A DNA stretch of 64,000 nucleotides. Origin: Vitrella brassicaformis CCMP3155. Its lineage: Eukaryota; Protista; Chromerida. This document shows, piece after piece, positions 1-12,191 of the stretch. A program made the translations under genes and the position numbers. The DNA is taken from positions 1 to 64,000 of the forward strand of contig CDMY01000399.1 of assembly GCA_001179505.1 (NCBI GenBank), given 5' to 3'. Under the pieces are notes generated by a model that was given only the letters and a program-made list of their open reading frames with translations, was not told the DNA's origin and did no database searches. Position 1 is the stretch's first letter. Every line of letters starts with the position of its first letter.

Positions 1-507
1 AGAGATGAGGTCCTCAGGAAGCAGACCCGCCCGCTGCTGTGTCCGAGCATCGGCCGCATGATGAGCGCGGCAGGACACTTGAAAAGCATTCCAGCGCATC
101 AGCGCGACCGACAAACACTGCCCCCAATGGTTCATGACACCCTCATGAAAAAATGCACGGTCTTCTGCAGAGCTGGCGGGTGGGGGGACGCGCCGCTGCG
201 CCAGACGGCGAAGCAGAGTGGGAGACGGAAGAGCACTTGACCATCTGCAATGGGAACTGACAGAGTACGCGTCTTTTTGATCACCTGCAACGATGGCAGC
301 CAGCACGGCTGCCTGAAACAGGGGCATCGAGGCCGCGAACCTTGGAGGGGGGGATCTAAGCAGTCGCCAGACTCCGTGAAACGCTCTCTCGGAGATCTGA
401 CCTCAAATCCGCTCCAATCGCTCCCAGCCAAGGCTGCTTAGCTTTCTCTGAGCATTCACCGCTGATTTTCCACTCCGCAAGGACGGACCGAGCGCTCAGA
501 CAAAGCC

Positions 508-1511
508 ATGGCGCTGCGCCTCTCCCTCTCGCTGCTCCTCGTCCTCTCCTCATCAGCCGCCATCCTCGTGCATGCCAGGCTGCCGTCATCACAACCACCA
601 GCAGCAGCGGAACCTGATGGCGGCAAGGTTCTCCCGATGGCGTGGCCCGAGGTGTTCCATGCCTTAATGGTGCAGCAACGCGGCGGCGTGCCGGGCGTGA
701 CGGACCTCTACTATGGTGCGTGAGACGACACAGAGATGGACGACGCAGGCGGACATGATCATTGATGCTTTTTTTGTCTGCTGTCGGCGCGTCGGGCAGA
801 TTGGCCGAACCGCAGGAATCTGCACGTCATTCGCTTGCAGTATCAGAGCACTCTGTACGACAACGAGCGGCAGGGATACGGGGCGTACTATCACCCTACT
901 GAAGGTCAGTCGGTGCGACACACAGTGCAGCACCGACACACCACACACATTCATTCCTCGTGTCTGCCTTCCTGCCTTCCCTGGATGCAGGCACGTGTTT
1001 CGTGATCGATTTCCAAGGCGTTGGCATCCTCACGCCCGACTGGCTGGTCGACAACTCGACCTACCTGGGCACACAGGCCGTCAACAACCGCACCTGCCAC
1101 ACATGGATGAAGGGCGACAGCATGGACCCAAACCGACCTGGCCCCTTCCTCCACTACTGGGAGGACGTCCACACGCGGCTGCCCGTGCGATGGCAATTCT
1201 TCGACGGCATGAGCTTCGACATCATCCAGTGGCATGCGGGCGAGGCGGCGAGTGAGGCCGTGTGGGCCATCCCGCCCTACTGCCCCAACATGACGACGAC
1301 CGAGGCCCTGGCAGGAAGAGATCCGACACGTGTGGACGAGCATGTCTTCTATCGGAAGCTGGGAGGCGGTTCGGCGCTTGTGCGCTTGTTGCATGAAGGG
1401 GGAGGGGGGAGGCAGTCTATGTGTGAGGGCGCGAGGGACTGCACTCAACGAATGGATGGATGGAGAGGGAGAAGCGGACTGCTGGGGACGCGTAGTCGCC
1501 TGTCTGTATAA
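508..1511 (+). CDS. Secreted ependymin-related / plant At4g14100-like protein (3 exons: 508-715, 800-904, 991-1511)
   Basis: Signal peptide MALRLSLSLLLVLSSSAA. GT-AG splicing joins WPEVFHALM..TDLYY|DWPNRRN..LYDNE..|GTCFVIDFQGVGILTPDWL..TYLG..CHTW..YWEDVHTRLPVRWQFFDG..IPPYC, which matches the recalled At4g14100/EPDR pattern. Confidence 0.8.
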
Positions 1512-1810
1512 GCGATTGCTTCCATAGGTCTTCTTGACGTGTGTCTGTGAGTTCCTGCGTGCATTTTTGTACGTCGTTTTCCTTAGGTGTGAGAGGTATG
1601 TATGCTGTCGGAGTGTGGAGATACTCAGACACGATGCCTTCAATGCTTCCGTGTTCGAAATGCATGCACTGGCATGAGCGCTTACACCCGATGCACTCAA
1701 TGCATCAGTCAGTCAGGCAGTCACATCTTCCCTCAATCCCTACTCTGTCCACTCGATCGTTGCCCGTCAAAAGGAACGGAGAATCACTCCATGCACACGG
1801 CGGTCCATCG

Positions 1811-2110
1811 NNNNNNNNNNNNNNNNNNNNNNNNNNNNNNNNNNNNNNNNNNNNNNNNNNNNNNNNNNNNNNNNNNNNNNNNNNNNNNNNNNNNNNNNNN
1901 NNNNNNNNNNNNNNNNNNNNNNNNNNNNNNNNNNNNNNNNNNNNNNNNNNNNNNNNNNNNNNNNNNNNNNNNNNNNNNNNNNNNNNNNNNNNNNNNNNNN
2001 NNNNNNNNNNNNNNNNNNNNNNNNNNNNNNNNNNNNNNNNNNNNNNNNNNNNNNNNNNNNNNNNNNNNNNNNNNNNNNNNNNNNNNNNNNNNNNNNNNNN
2101 NNNNNNNNNN
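1811..2110. other. Assembly gap (300 N)
   Basis: Run of exactly 300 N. Confidence 1.
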
Positions 2111-2432
2111 GGGGGCCTTGGTTGTTGTGTCTGTCTGCCTCTCTTCATTCTCAGACGACACAAAAACTCCACTCGGGACGTCTGTCTCAATCTACCGGTC
2201 CCGCCAAACTCCAGTGTCCATCCATCCCTTATGAGGCGGCCACCTGCTGTGCCGCCGTCGTCGTCGCCTGCTGCCGCATCGCGTGAGCAGATCTCTCGTC
2301 GGCATCGGCGCCCTCTATCGGTATGTTGCGCTGCCCCTCGGCCGATTGCTCCTCCTCCCATCTGATTGAACGGCAAGACAACACATGAACCAATGTGTGT
2401 AGGAACAATTTGGTGGCGATGCATGGCTTTGC

Positions 2433-3793
2433 TCACATGTCGAGTATTGGGGGCACGTCGGCGATGGTGCGGACCTCAGCGTCGATGAGCCGCCTCTTGT
2501 CGGAGTCTAGCCGATACAGCTTGGGCTCCCATGACGATGCGGGCGACTCCTGCGCACAGAGTCCCAGCAAGAGAAGGTCGACGTAATGAACCACACATGG
2601 TCTCTGTTGTCATCTTCTCACTGACCTCTCCCCGGAGCCCCGTGACCCATATGGTCCGCCAGCTCTGCTGCTTCGCCGGCACCACATCAGCTGACAAATC
2701 GTCACCCACATGAACCCAACGGTCGCCGGGAGAACGCTGCAACCAACCAGCCAGCCAGCCAAGACACGCAGACAATCCATCTCTGCGACATCTGTCGGTA
2801 TGTGTGTGTGTGCTGACCATGTATCCCGCCACCCTCATGGCCGCCTCGTAGACCTTCTTGCTAGGCTTGGAGGCCCCCACATCCTCGGCGTTGATGCAAA
2901 AGTCAAAATACTCACTCAGCACCTCTATGCGCTCCGTCCGCGCGTTGCCGTTGGTGATGGCCCCGATGCGGTAGCCAGTCGACCGCAGGGAGGAAAGGGT
3001 CTCCAGGGTGCCGTCGGGAAGGAACTCCAACACGTCGTGACGCGCATCGGACCACACTTGGAAAGCCTGATCCACCAAAAGCTGACCGAAACCACACCAC
3101 ACACACGTTCATGACACACGCATCGCATCGTGTGTGATCTATCTTTCTTTGCTCTTTATTCACCTTTGGTTCATATCCCGTCTTCACGGCAGCCTCCTTG
3201 AGTGCCTCCTTCCTCAGCCGCGTGAGGTATGTGACGACATTGGCCAGCCTGGGGTCCCTCTTCTGCTTGCGCCGGTAGATGGCACGCATGAGGTCGTCGA
3301 TCGACCCGTAGGACTGCGACAGCCACCGCCCCATGCGGGGGTATTCGCGGTCGAGATACGCCTCGAGACGGTCCTTGGCCGAGTCGAGAACGGGGTTCGC
3401 CGTCCACAAAGTGTCATCACTGCACGCGCGCACACAAACACACACATACTCGAAGGCCATGTATGGCGCCGATCCATCGCCGACTTACAGGTCAAAGGTG
3501 ATGACTTCGACGCGCTGCGCTGCGTCATTCGAGGCCGACGACGATGAAGGCACAGCCGGTCCGGCCAGTGAGCGAAAGACATCAGCGAGTGCATGTCGCC
3601 GCACGCCGCTCCTGCTTCTGTCCCTCTGCCTCCTCCTCAACAAAGTCGCCTCGCGGACAGCAGATGGCGGCGGCGCGAATGCCACCGAGGATCTGTCATC
3701 TCCCCACGCGTATGAAAGGCCAACGAGAGTAGAGAGAAACAAGATGAAGCTGCGGCTTGGGAGGCTGGTGAAGAGACGAATGAGCGTGTCCAT
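2433..3793 (-). CDS. HAD-superfamily hydrolase, subfamily IA (YigB-like phosphatase), with bipartite leader (5 exons)
   Basis: Motif I VITFDL|DDTLW, motif II ITNGN, motif III SKP, motif IV HVGDDLSADV. The last exon ends DAEVRTIADVPPILDM* (stop at 2433-2435). The N-terminus has a hydrophobic segment, VAFAPP and an Arg/Ser-rich stretch. Confidence 0.9.
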
Positions 3794-3979
3794 CCTGCGA
3801 AGGTCAATGGACTTTACGTTTCACTCACCCTAAGGACGACGTGGACGGACGTGTGAGCGTCGGTGCCGAGGGAGGTCAGCCAAGACGTCAGCGTTTGCCC
3901 CTGAGCGATTTGGAAGGACCACATCAACGAGATCACCATCGCAGTTGACTGACAGGAGCCTCGCAGCCACTACAGCAGG

Positions 3980-4340
3980 ATGGCACGGCAGCTTGCTGGT
4001 AGGCAACGAACAGACGCCACAGCAGCACGGTGCAGACCGATATGGACGCTGTGTGTGTGTGTGTGTGTGTGTGTGTGTTCTTGGCAGGTAGGGAGAAGAA
4101 GGAGAAGGGTCAGGAGAGGCGTGCCCGGAGGGAGTCCAACAGACACATACACCAGGGAGCAGGTCAGCAACACTGCACCAGCACACACAACCACTGCCAT
4201 TGCACTGCCCATTGTGTGACCTGGTGTATGTGCGCGCGCGCGTGTGCGTGGGTGTTGTTGTGTCAGTCTATGTGGTGTTGGGCATCACGGGGTTCTTCCT
4301 CTTCATCTTCTTCCTCCTCATGTGGATTGCCAGCCGATGA
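3980..4340 (+). CDS. 55-aa single-pass membrane micro-protein, SMCO4-like (exons 3980-3998, 4088-4162, 4267-4340)
   Basis: Two phase-compatible GT-AG introns give MARQLAGREKKEKGQERRARRESNRHIHQGAVYVVLGITGFFLFIFFLLMWIASR*. The basic N-terminus plus C-terminal TM resembles SMCO4 (MRQLKGKPKKE...). Confidence 0.7.
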
Positions 4341-5979
4341 CGACCGCAAGCAATGTCACACAGCCCGTCATCGCGCGTTTCGCTTTCTTTTTCTCATTTC
4401 CGTGTGGACGCCCTGCTGCCCTGCTGGCTGTCGTCGCAGACAAGGTGCCTGGTGACGACCCGACCTCTCTGTCCGCCTATGGTGTAATTAGAGGGAGGCA
4501 GAGGTGGGCAATGGTCAGCTATTTGTGTGCGGGTCGGGTAAGGTAGGTGGATGGGGTGGGTCGACAAACAGTGACTTCCTAGGGATTGGTTGCCGGGGCG
4601 CGTGAGTGGCTCGCGCATGGCTGTGCTTTGTACTGATTACGAAGCTAGATAGACAGACAGCAGACAGACAGACAGGTAGAGAGATGTGGCTCACACACGC
4701 ACCTGCAAAGGTCAAGAAGGGAGGGAGGGGGAGGGAGGCCAATGCCGTGCTCCTTCCTTGCTTTCTCCTCATCGCATCGCATCGCATTGACGGTGGGTGG
4801 CTCCATGCTGCTGCTGTCTGATGGCTTGATGTCAGAAAGCGGTGTCTATCGCTGTCTCTGTGGGCCGTGGCTGGCCCATTGAGATAGCGGTGGACGGCGC
4901 GGTCGGACATCGGGCAATCGGGCAGCGTGATGATTGCCCTGTGGATGACACACGTGCGCTGCTCGATGGTTGTGGCGTGACATGCTCACACTCGAGCGCT
5001 TGCCGTCTTGTCGTTGATAGCGAAGAGGTATCAATGACGAGTCTCCAACAGCCTGTTGCGGAAGCATGCACTGCTGCTACAGACAAAAAGAGTGGCTTGC
5101 CGACCTGCCAGCTGCGTGTTCTGCATCATTGACCCACGTGTACCCATGCCATGCATTTGAGTCCATCCATCCATCCATCCATCGTGTTCATGACATCATT
5201 TTTCAATGCTTGTGTGGGTGTGTGGGTGCGGACCCCTTTGGAAATGTGTGCACATCAACGCATGCAGCCTCCCTCGCCAGTCAATATAATCAGAAAGCCA
5301 GTCAATCCAGAAAGCCTCGCCAGCCATTCAGCCATCGACAACAAAATTCGTTTCATCCCCATAAATGCCATCATGTCATGCTAGAAAGTCAGGTCGGCCC
5401 CACACGTCATCTCGTCGGCAGTTGCGCCTGCCGATCGATGGACCACTTGAGAAACACTAGTGCATTGCATGCCAGCGGTTAGAAAATGGCCGCCCACGAA
5501 TGTCGATGAAAATCCCACGTCGTGCCGCATACCCGCAGCTTTGCGGCGGCCCGACACACCGACACGAACATCCAGACAGGCACACGTATTGAAAGAGCGA
5601 CAGAGAGCCACACACAGACACACACACAGACACAGACACAGACAACACACACACGCGAACAGCCCTGCCACAGCAGAGCGCCTCCCCGTCGCATCTCCAA
5701 ATTGAGACCCCCACACATGCACATGCACGGCACGAGGGCATGGATGGAAGGCAGAAAAATGCGCCATCCGATCGATCGGTAAGCGAGCACGTTGGAATGA
5801 CGTGTGTGTGTGTACGCTGACACGCACATGCGTCCATATCATATCGACACAACGTGACTGACGTGGGCCTTGTCCAAGAAACAAACAACAACCGATCTCG
5901 ATGCACTTGACAGAAAGCCATCGGCCGATAAAAACCAGAAAATGCATAGCCACACCCAACACACACAAATTCTACTGAT

Positions 5980-7751
5980 CTACGCTCCCCTCTCCCTCTC
6001 CCTATCGCTCTCATCCCCAACGCCGCATCTGTCGTCCGCCTCCCTGCCAGCGGCCCTCTGAGGGCTCCCCGCACCGCCCTCGTCGATCATCAAAGGCGGC
6101 AGGGACTGCAGCATCTCGTCCGCCAGCGGCCGCCTCTCGTCTATCGGATCCAGCACCACACCCCCAATGCTCGGCCCCCGCGGCAGTGGCTGCGGCGTCA
6201 CCTCCCTCTCAAACACAGGTGGCGCAGCTGGCGCATCCACACCCTCGGCAGAGGGCAATGTGTTCTCGACACCATCTGCCTCGTCGTCCAGCGTGAATCC
6301 CGCAAATCGGTCGTGTGGCTCGTCGGCGAGGTCCCCCGACTCGCTGGGGTCCTCCAGAGCAATGTCGGCCATCAGCAGCTGGGAGGCGGCCGCTGCGTTG
6401 ACGGACGTGATGGCGTGTAGGAGGTCGGGATTGGAGAACGGCAGCAGCCCGGTGGATGGCAGCTCTGCAGCGATGGCTGATGCTGGGTGGGAGAGGGCGG
6501 TGACGAACGATGCGCGTGAGAGCGCCGTGACGCCCGAAAAGATCGTCTCGCGTCCAACGGTCCCGACCTGCGCACACACGCACACCGTGGACACTGAGAT
6601 ACTCACTTGCTGGTTGTGGCGTCATGTACCTCGCTGCCGAGTCGTTCGCGGGCGTATGGGAACAGTCTGAGAGGGTCTTTGTGTCCCAGCAAGTCCGTCA
6701 AGGTCCGAACTGACCGGCTCGAAAGCGCCGGGCTCAGGGGAACCCCACTAGCACCAGCACGGAGACCGCCCTCCTCCAGCAATGGCCTGAGCGACAGACG
6801 AGGCGCAAAGGCTTATCTCTCTTGTCCAAGTGTGTGTGTGCATCATTGCGTGTCATCTCTCACTCGGCGAGCTCTCCCTGGCGGCCAGAAGGGGCCGATA
6901 CGATCATTCTGAACCTGCAGAGGCACAACCCCAGGTGCTCACGTATTGCTCACGCACTCCTCTGTCGCCCAGCCCTCTTCGCCTGCTCACGTCGGCAGCT
7001 TTCCAAACGGCTGTTTGAGGACAATGTAGAGGGCGAGGAAAGCCGTGTAAAGGCCCCCCATGACGACACACGCCCACTCGAATGGCAGGATGTCGGTCAG
7101 AGCACCTCCGACAACGGGACCGCAAGTCTCACCTAGGCTCATGAAGCACACACACAGGGAGGTCGCCTGAAGGAAAGAGAGAGACCAAGAGAGGGACAGA
7201 CAGGTGAGGGAGGGGAGAGGGCGAGCTCTGAGCCTCACCAGTTCCTTAGCCACGGGCCCTTGATGATCGACGTCTTGGTGCAGCAGAGGGATGGTCGGGA
7301 TGAACGCCAACTGACACGCAAACACAGTGGGACGGGACACGTCGCTTCAGGTCGATTGCGCGTGTACCGTATGCTTACCGCATTGCCCACAGGTATCAAG
7401 GCCAGGGCCAGCAGCTGCACAGCACGCAACGCGCACATGACACACACGGACAGACAGACAGACAGTCACACGTGCTTCCACATCTCTCCCCATATATATC
7501 TCGTGTGTCCTCACCAATGCGATCCATCCCGACACCGAGTGATCAGTCACAATGCCGGCACTCTCCAGGAAGGGAAATGGTCCCAGCAAGACGTAACCCA
7601 CCATCAGCAAGACGAAGCCCGCCGTCGTGTAGAGGGCATACATCGGCGACCGCTGCGCCTGCCTGCCAGTCAGAAGAGCCCCAACAGTGTATGTGCCCGA
7701 CTGCAGGCCGAGCAGAAGGCCGAACAGCCAGTTGGGCAGGGGGCCTGAGCG

Positions 7752-7782
<31 letters not shown>

Positions 7783-9685
7783 AGGGAGGGAGGGAGGGAG
7801 AGCGGTCGATGTGCCTTCCCCGTCCGTGTGTGTACGTTCCGCTCACCTAGATAGAAGTTCTCGCGTGGTTGGAAGACGGGATCATAGAACGTGTAGCTGG
7901 TGTTGTTGAGGAAGATGGCCACCAGCGTGATGACCACTCTCCATGACAATATGTCCCAGTAGGTCACATTCGACCCATAAGCTCCCTCGCCATGCCGGCC
8001 CCTCTTGCCGCCCCTCTTGCCCGACTGCCGGTCGGCACGCCGCCCTGTGCCGGGTGTGGCGGTGCACACAGATGAGGCGCCCGAGAGAATCCGGCCACGC
8101 CTGTGGTGTTTGCGGGGCCGCAGGTGCGCGCCGCCGTCATGGGAGGGGACGGGAGAGCTGGGTTGCTGCTGGTTGGCCTGGTTGATGGCCTGTGGGCTCT
8201 CGGCGGGGAGGGAGGATTTGTCGGTGGGGGAGAAGGAGGGGTCGTCCGGGTGGCCGAGTGTCTGTGGACGAAGGTCCTGCATGCACCAGACCAGAGCAGA
8301 CCAGACGAGATCCACATGCATATCCGAGACTCGGGGCCTCACCGCAATGTATCCCTCGTTGTCTTGCAGCGCTGGCAGCGAGAGGGGGGTGGTGGTGGAC
8401 AGGTCGCTGGGATTGGTCTTGATCGACTGGTCACCCTCTGGCTCGGGGGGCAGGGTCGTGGAGCGATGGATCCAGCCGGAGGATGACTGCCCATGAGCGA
8501 TGTCACGCTCTGACATACCATATGCCACACAATGGATGGAACCGACCGGACACACAGCTCTGCTCATCGGATGACTGACCTCTTTCCCTTTTCCGCTCAT
8601 CCTCGATGCCCTTGAAGCCCGGCGTCTCCATCGCACCCCTCTCTCCGCCATCAAGAAGATCCGACATGCCCCTCTCCCGGCCATCCACACTCCACATCCG
8701 CTGCCGCTGTGGTGCGGCGGCATCGTCAGCCGCGATGGACGCGTTGATCTTGCTCTGGATGCCGGCCGCCAGGAGATATCTCATGCAGAGGGCCAGACAG
8801 AGGAAGAGGATAATTGCCTGGCAGAGGAAGGGGAGCGGGAAGCCCCCGGCACTGTACAAAAAGCCTCCTATGCACTTGCCCGTCACCGAACCGATGCCCA
8901 CCGCGGTCTCTGAAACGAGCAATGTACGTGTATATGTCTGTGTGTGTGTGTGTGTGCTTGCGTGGCTGAGTTGGTTACCAACGAGGCCAATGACGATGGT
9001 GAGTCTGGTGGGGAAGAGAAACGGGCAGAGCGAGTAGACAGCAGTGGTGAAGACGATGGATGACGTCCCCAGGATGCCCCGCAGCGCGAAGTTCTGCCAG
9101 TATTTCGTCGACAGGGCCAGGAGGACGTTGCCGACAATCGTCACCGCCAGGCTCACACCTGACGACACACACACAACCAGAGGAGGTGACCTGCTGGTCG
9201 GTCCCTATTTCCCATGAGCCGCGTGCAGAGCTTACACAGGCACATGGTCGGCCCGAAACGGATGCATATCCGGCCGCTCACTGCATCAACACATAGCACA
9301 ACGACAGACATTGCCATCAGCGAATGTGTGCAGCAAAGACTGATGATCACCTGGGGCAAAGAGGCATCCGACGAACGGATAGAACGCAAACAAAACACCT
9401 TGGTGCGTGTCACAGGCGGGTAGATCTATGCAGGGATGCAAATTGCGTGTCTTACGGCCTCTTGCTCACCGATGCCGAGTGAAGATGCCTTCACTTTGGT
9501 CGCCAGATAGGGCGCGTAGAACGCTGCCGGGATTGTCTTCTGCACGCACCTGCCGAGAACACATAGACACAAGCAGTGAGTGCATCATTGCACATGCGGC
9601 CGTGTAAGCATGCTTACACCCAGAAGACAGTGAAGAGCAAGGCGTACAAGAGGATGTGCTGACGGCGTGCTGCCTGCCGCTCCAT
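5980..9685 (-). CDS. Major facilitator superfamily transporter, SLC18B1-like, multi-exon, with a long central loop and acidic C-tail
   Basis: Successive TM exons: TIPAAFYAP, NFALRGILGTSS, ETAVGIGSVTGKCIGGFLYSAGGFPLPFL, AFIPTIP, SLGETCGPVVGGALTD. The start is uncertain (ATG at 9685 or 9713). Confidence 0.85.
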
Positions 9686-9760
9686 CTGAAGGGGAGTCAG
9701 GCTGAGCTCGCATCTGGGGGCCGGCCCCCCCTTGGCAGTCTCAAATCTGGGGATCTCATC

Positions 9761-11058
9761 ATGGCGCCGTCATTCTACGACGTGCTGGAGGTGGCACCAT
9801 CGGCCTCCCTCGACGACATCCGCAAGGCATACCGAAAGCTGGTACGCGCGCACAACTGACCATATACACACGTTCCTTCATACTCCTGTTCCTGGCTGGG
9901 GTGGGTGGCGCTGCCTGCAGGCCCTCAAGTGGCATCCCGACAAGAACCCGAAGCGACGCCAGCAGGCCACCGAGAAGTTCAAGCAGATCAGCGAGGCGTA
10001 CGCCACCCTCTCTGACGAAACCAAGCGGCGACGATACGACCTCGGGCAGAAGGAGCCGCCTCCGACAAGCACCACCAACCACACTAACACCGCCAACCCC
10101 TTCCGCACGTCGCACCCGTCCTTTGGCGAGCCCGAAGGAATGCCGTCGGCTCCTCAGCCGCCCTGGGCACCGGGAGGCATGAGGGGCGGTAGCAGGATGG
10201 AGTGGACCTTCGGCAACGCGCAGCATCCGTTCTTCAAATCGGACTTCAGTTTCGCTGATGCTGAGGCCATCTTCCGGTGGGCTTTGCGTCTTGCCTTTCC
10301 GTCGGGTCCACTTCTGTTGACTTGGTTGTTCTACGTGTGCAGGGAGTTCTTCTGGGGCGATCCGTTTGCTGACTTCTTCGATGACATGCGGGGCATGGTC
10401 AACGCCATGGAGGAGGGGGCAGCCCTCAAGAAGGGCATGTAAGCCTCTTCCTTGCAGAAAGGAGTCTTGCTGTTGTCATATCTTTCCCTCCTTTCATTCA
10501 TGCAGGTTTTCGTCTCCATTTGCTGACATGATGGACCAATTCACCGGCTGGCAGCCCTTCGGCAACCGCCGCTCGCCAGACCGACCGTCCCCCTTCCACG
10601 AGGGCGGCTGGCGGCGATCGGCCCAATACAACGCCGTCCCATCAGAGGATACTGAAGACCCCTCCTTCCACCAGCAAGAAACAGACGACGTTAACGCCCG
10701 CTTCCCACCTCCCAAATCGACTCTAAGAGTCCCCAAACACAAAAGCACTACCACTAACAGCAGCGGCAGCAAAAAGAAGAGCGGCTCCTTCTTCGTCCCG
10801 GCCAACAACCAGAACAAACCGGGCAGCAACCGTGCGGATGAGTACGGTGCGACGGATGGCCTGATGGGCGGTGGCAAGGGCGGCGCAGGTAGTGGCGAGA
10901 AGCAGAAGATCATCCGCATCACGCGTGTGCGGTACGCTGACGGGCGAGAGGAGCGGACGAGGACGGAGGAGTTCGTGGATGCGGGTGAGGGGGCGGGGTT
11001 CTCGCTCGCGGCGCCCTTTTTGAAGCGACCCTTCGGCAGTGGGTACACGAGCCTGTGA
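9761..11058 (+). CDS. J-domain co-chaperone, DNAJB6/B8-like
   Basis: [15 protein letters not shown]|[27 protein letters not shown] (HPD motif), then a G/F-rich region (DPFADFFDD) and a C-terminal [17 protein letters not shown]. Confidence 0.93.
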
Positions 11059-12191
11059 GTGAGGCAAGGAGACACACACAGGCAAGCAGGCAGGCAGGCA
11101 GACTTGACGACAGGCAGACGGTACAGGTGATGGGCTAAAGGCAGCGTGTTGATGAGACATGTGGATGGATTGATTGCCTGCATGTGTGGGTGAGTGTGTT
11201 CTTGCGTGTGTGGGGGAGGGGTGTGGGAGCGAGCGGGTCGATGTGGACTTGTGTTGTGCATGGGGACTTCAACACGTGACCATCTCGTCTGTTCATCGGA
11301 AGACCATTTTTGCAGTTATGTGATTGTTCTGTCTGTTGGTCCGATGACACCAGCGGCCATTCCGTTGCTTCCCAGCAGCCATCGGTGCCTGGGCGTCTGT
11401 TTCAGGATCGATCAAAACGCCAACCAATCAATCCATTCACTCATTTCGTTCAGATGAGCATGACAGCGACCTTCATGCGCACTTGCAATGGGAAAAACTC
11501 TTGCAGCGATCGTCAAATGCAAGCTTAGACAAAGTTCGCCATCGATCAGGGCCGCCAGGAAGGTGGCACGGTGGCAGCGCACACCGGTGGACGGATGGAT
11601 GGCTAATGTGTGTTAGTGTGTGTCGACGATAATGGAAAGACAAACATGGTTGAATGCTTTGCGTGTTTGCTCTCCCGCCGGGAGATCTCGATATCTCTCT
11701 GAGTGGCTCGCACAGTAACAATCAATGAGCTGGCCGTGGCTGGCTGGCCGTACGTGAATTGATACAGTCATGATGGTAATGAGTTGACATCACGGCAGTC
11801 ACGGCACACACAGGCAGACACACTCCACCACGCAGTCATCGAGAGAGAGATCTGGCAGGTCAGCCAGCCATGCAGCCAAAGCAGTCCCACATCGGCCGAA
11901 GCACATCACATCAAAATCGGCCCACAGCGGACCGCACCCACACCGACAGACACACACAGATACAGACGGAGGGAGGGAGGGAGAGAGGGAGGGCTACACA
12001 CAGAGAAGGGGCGAAGCCATAGACCGACTCACGCAAGAATCAGAGCCAAGCCAGCCATTCGGTAACGCATCAGCAGCTGGTCTACAGAGTCACGAATCGG
12101 CTACAGGGATGCATGACAACAGCCAGCAGCCAAAGATACCTCCTGACGGCAGGCACGCACACTCAGCCACCAGTACTGACTCATGGATCGA

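Noticed and set aside
1541-2436. Long ORFs spanning the N run
   Set aside because: Artefacts of translating 300 N as X.
4400-5132. Possible coding fragments (VVADKVPGDD..; SIAVSVGRGWPIE..)
   Set aside because: No recognisable motif and no convincing start or splice chain; left unannotated.
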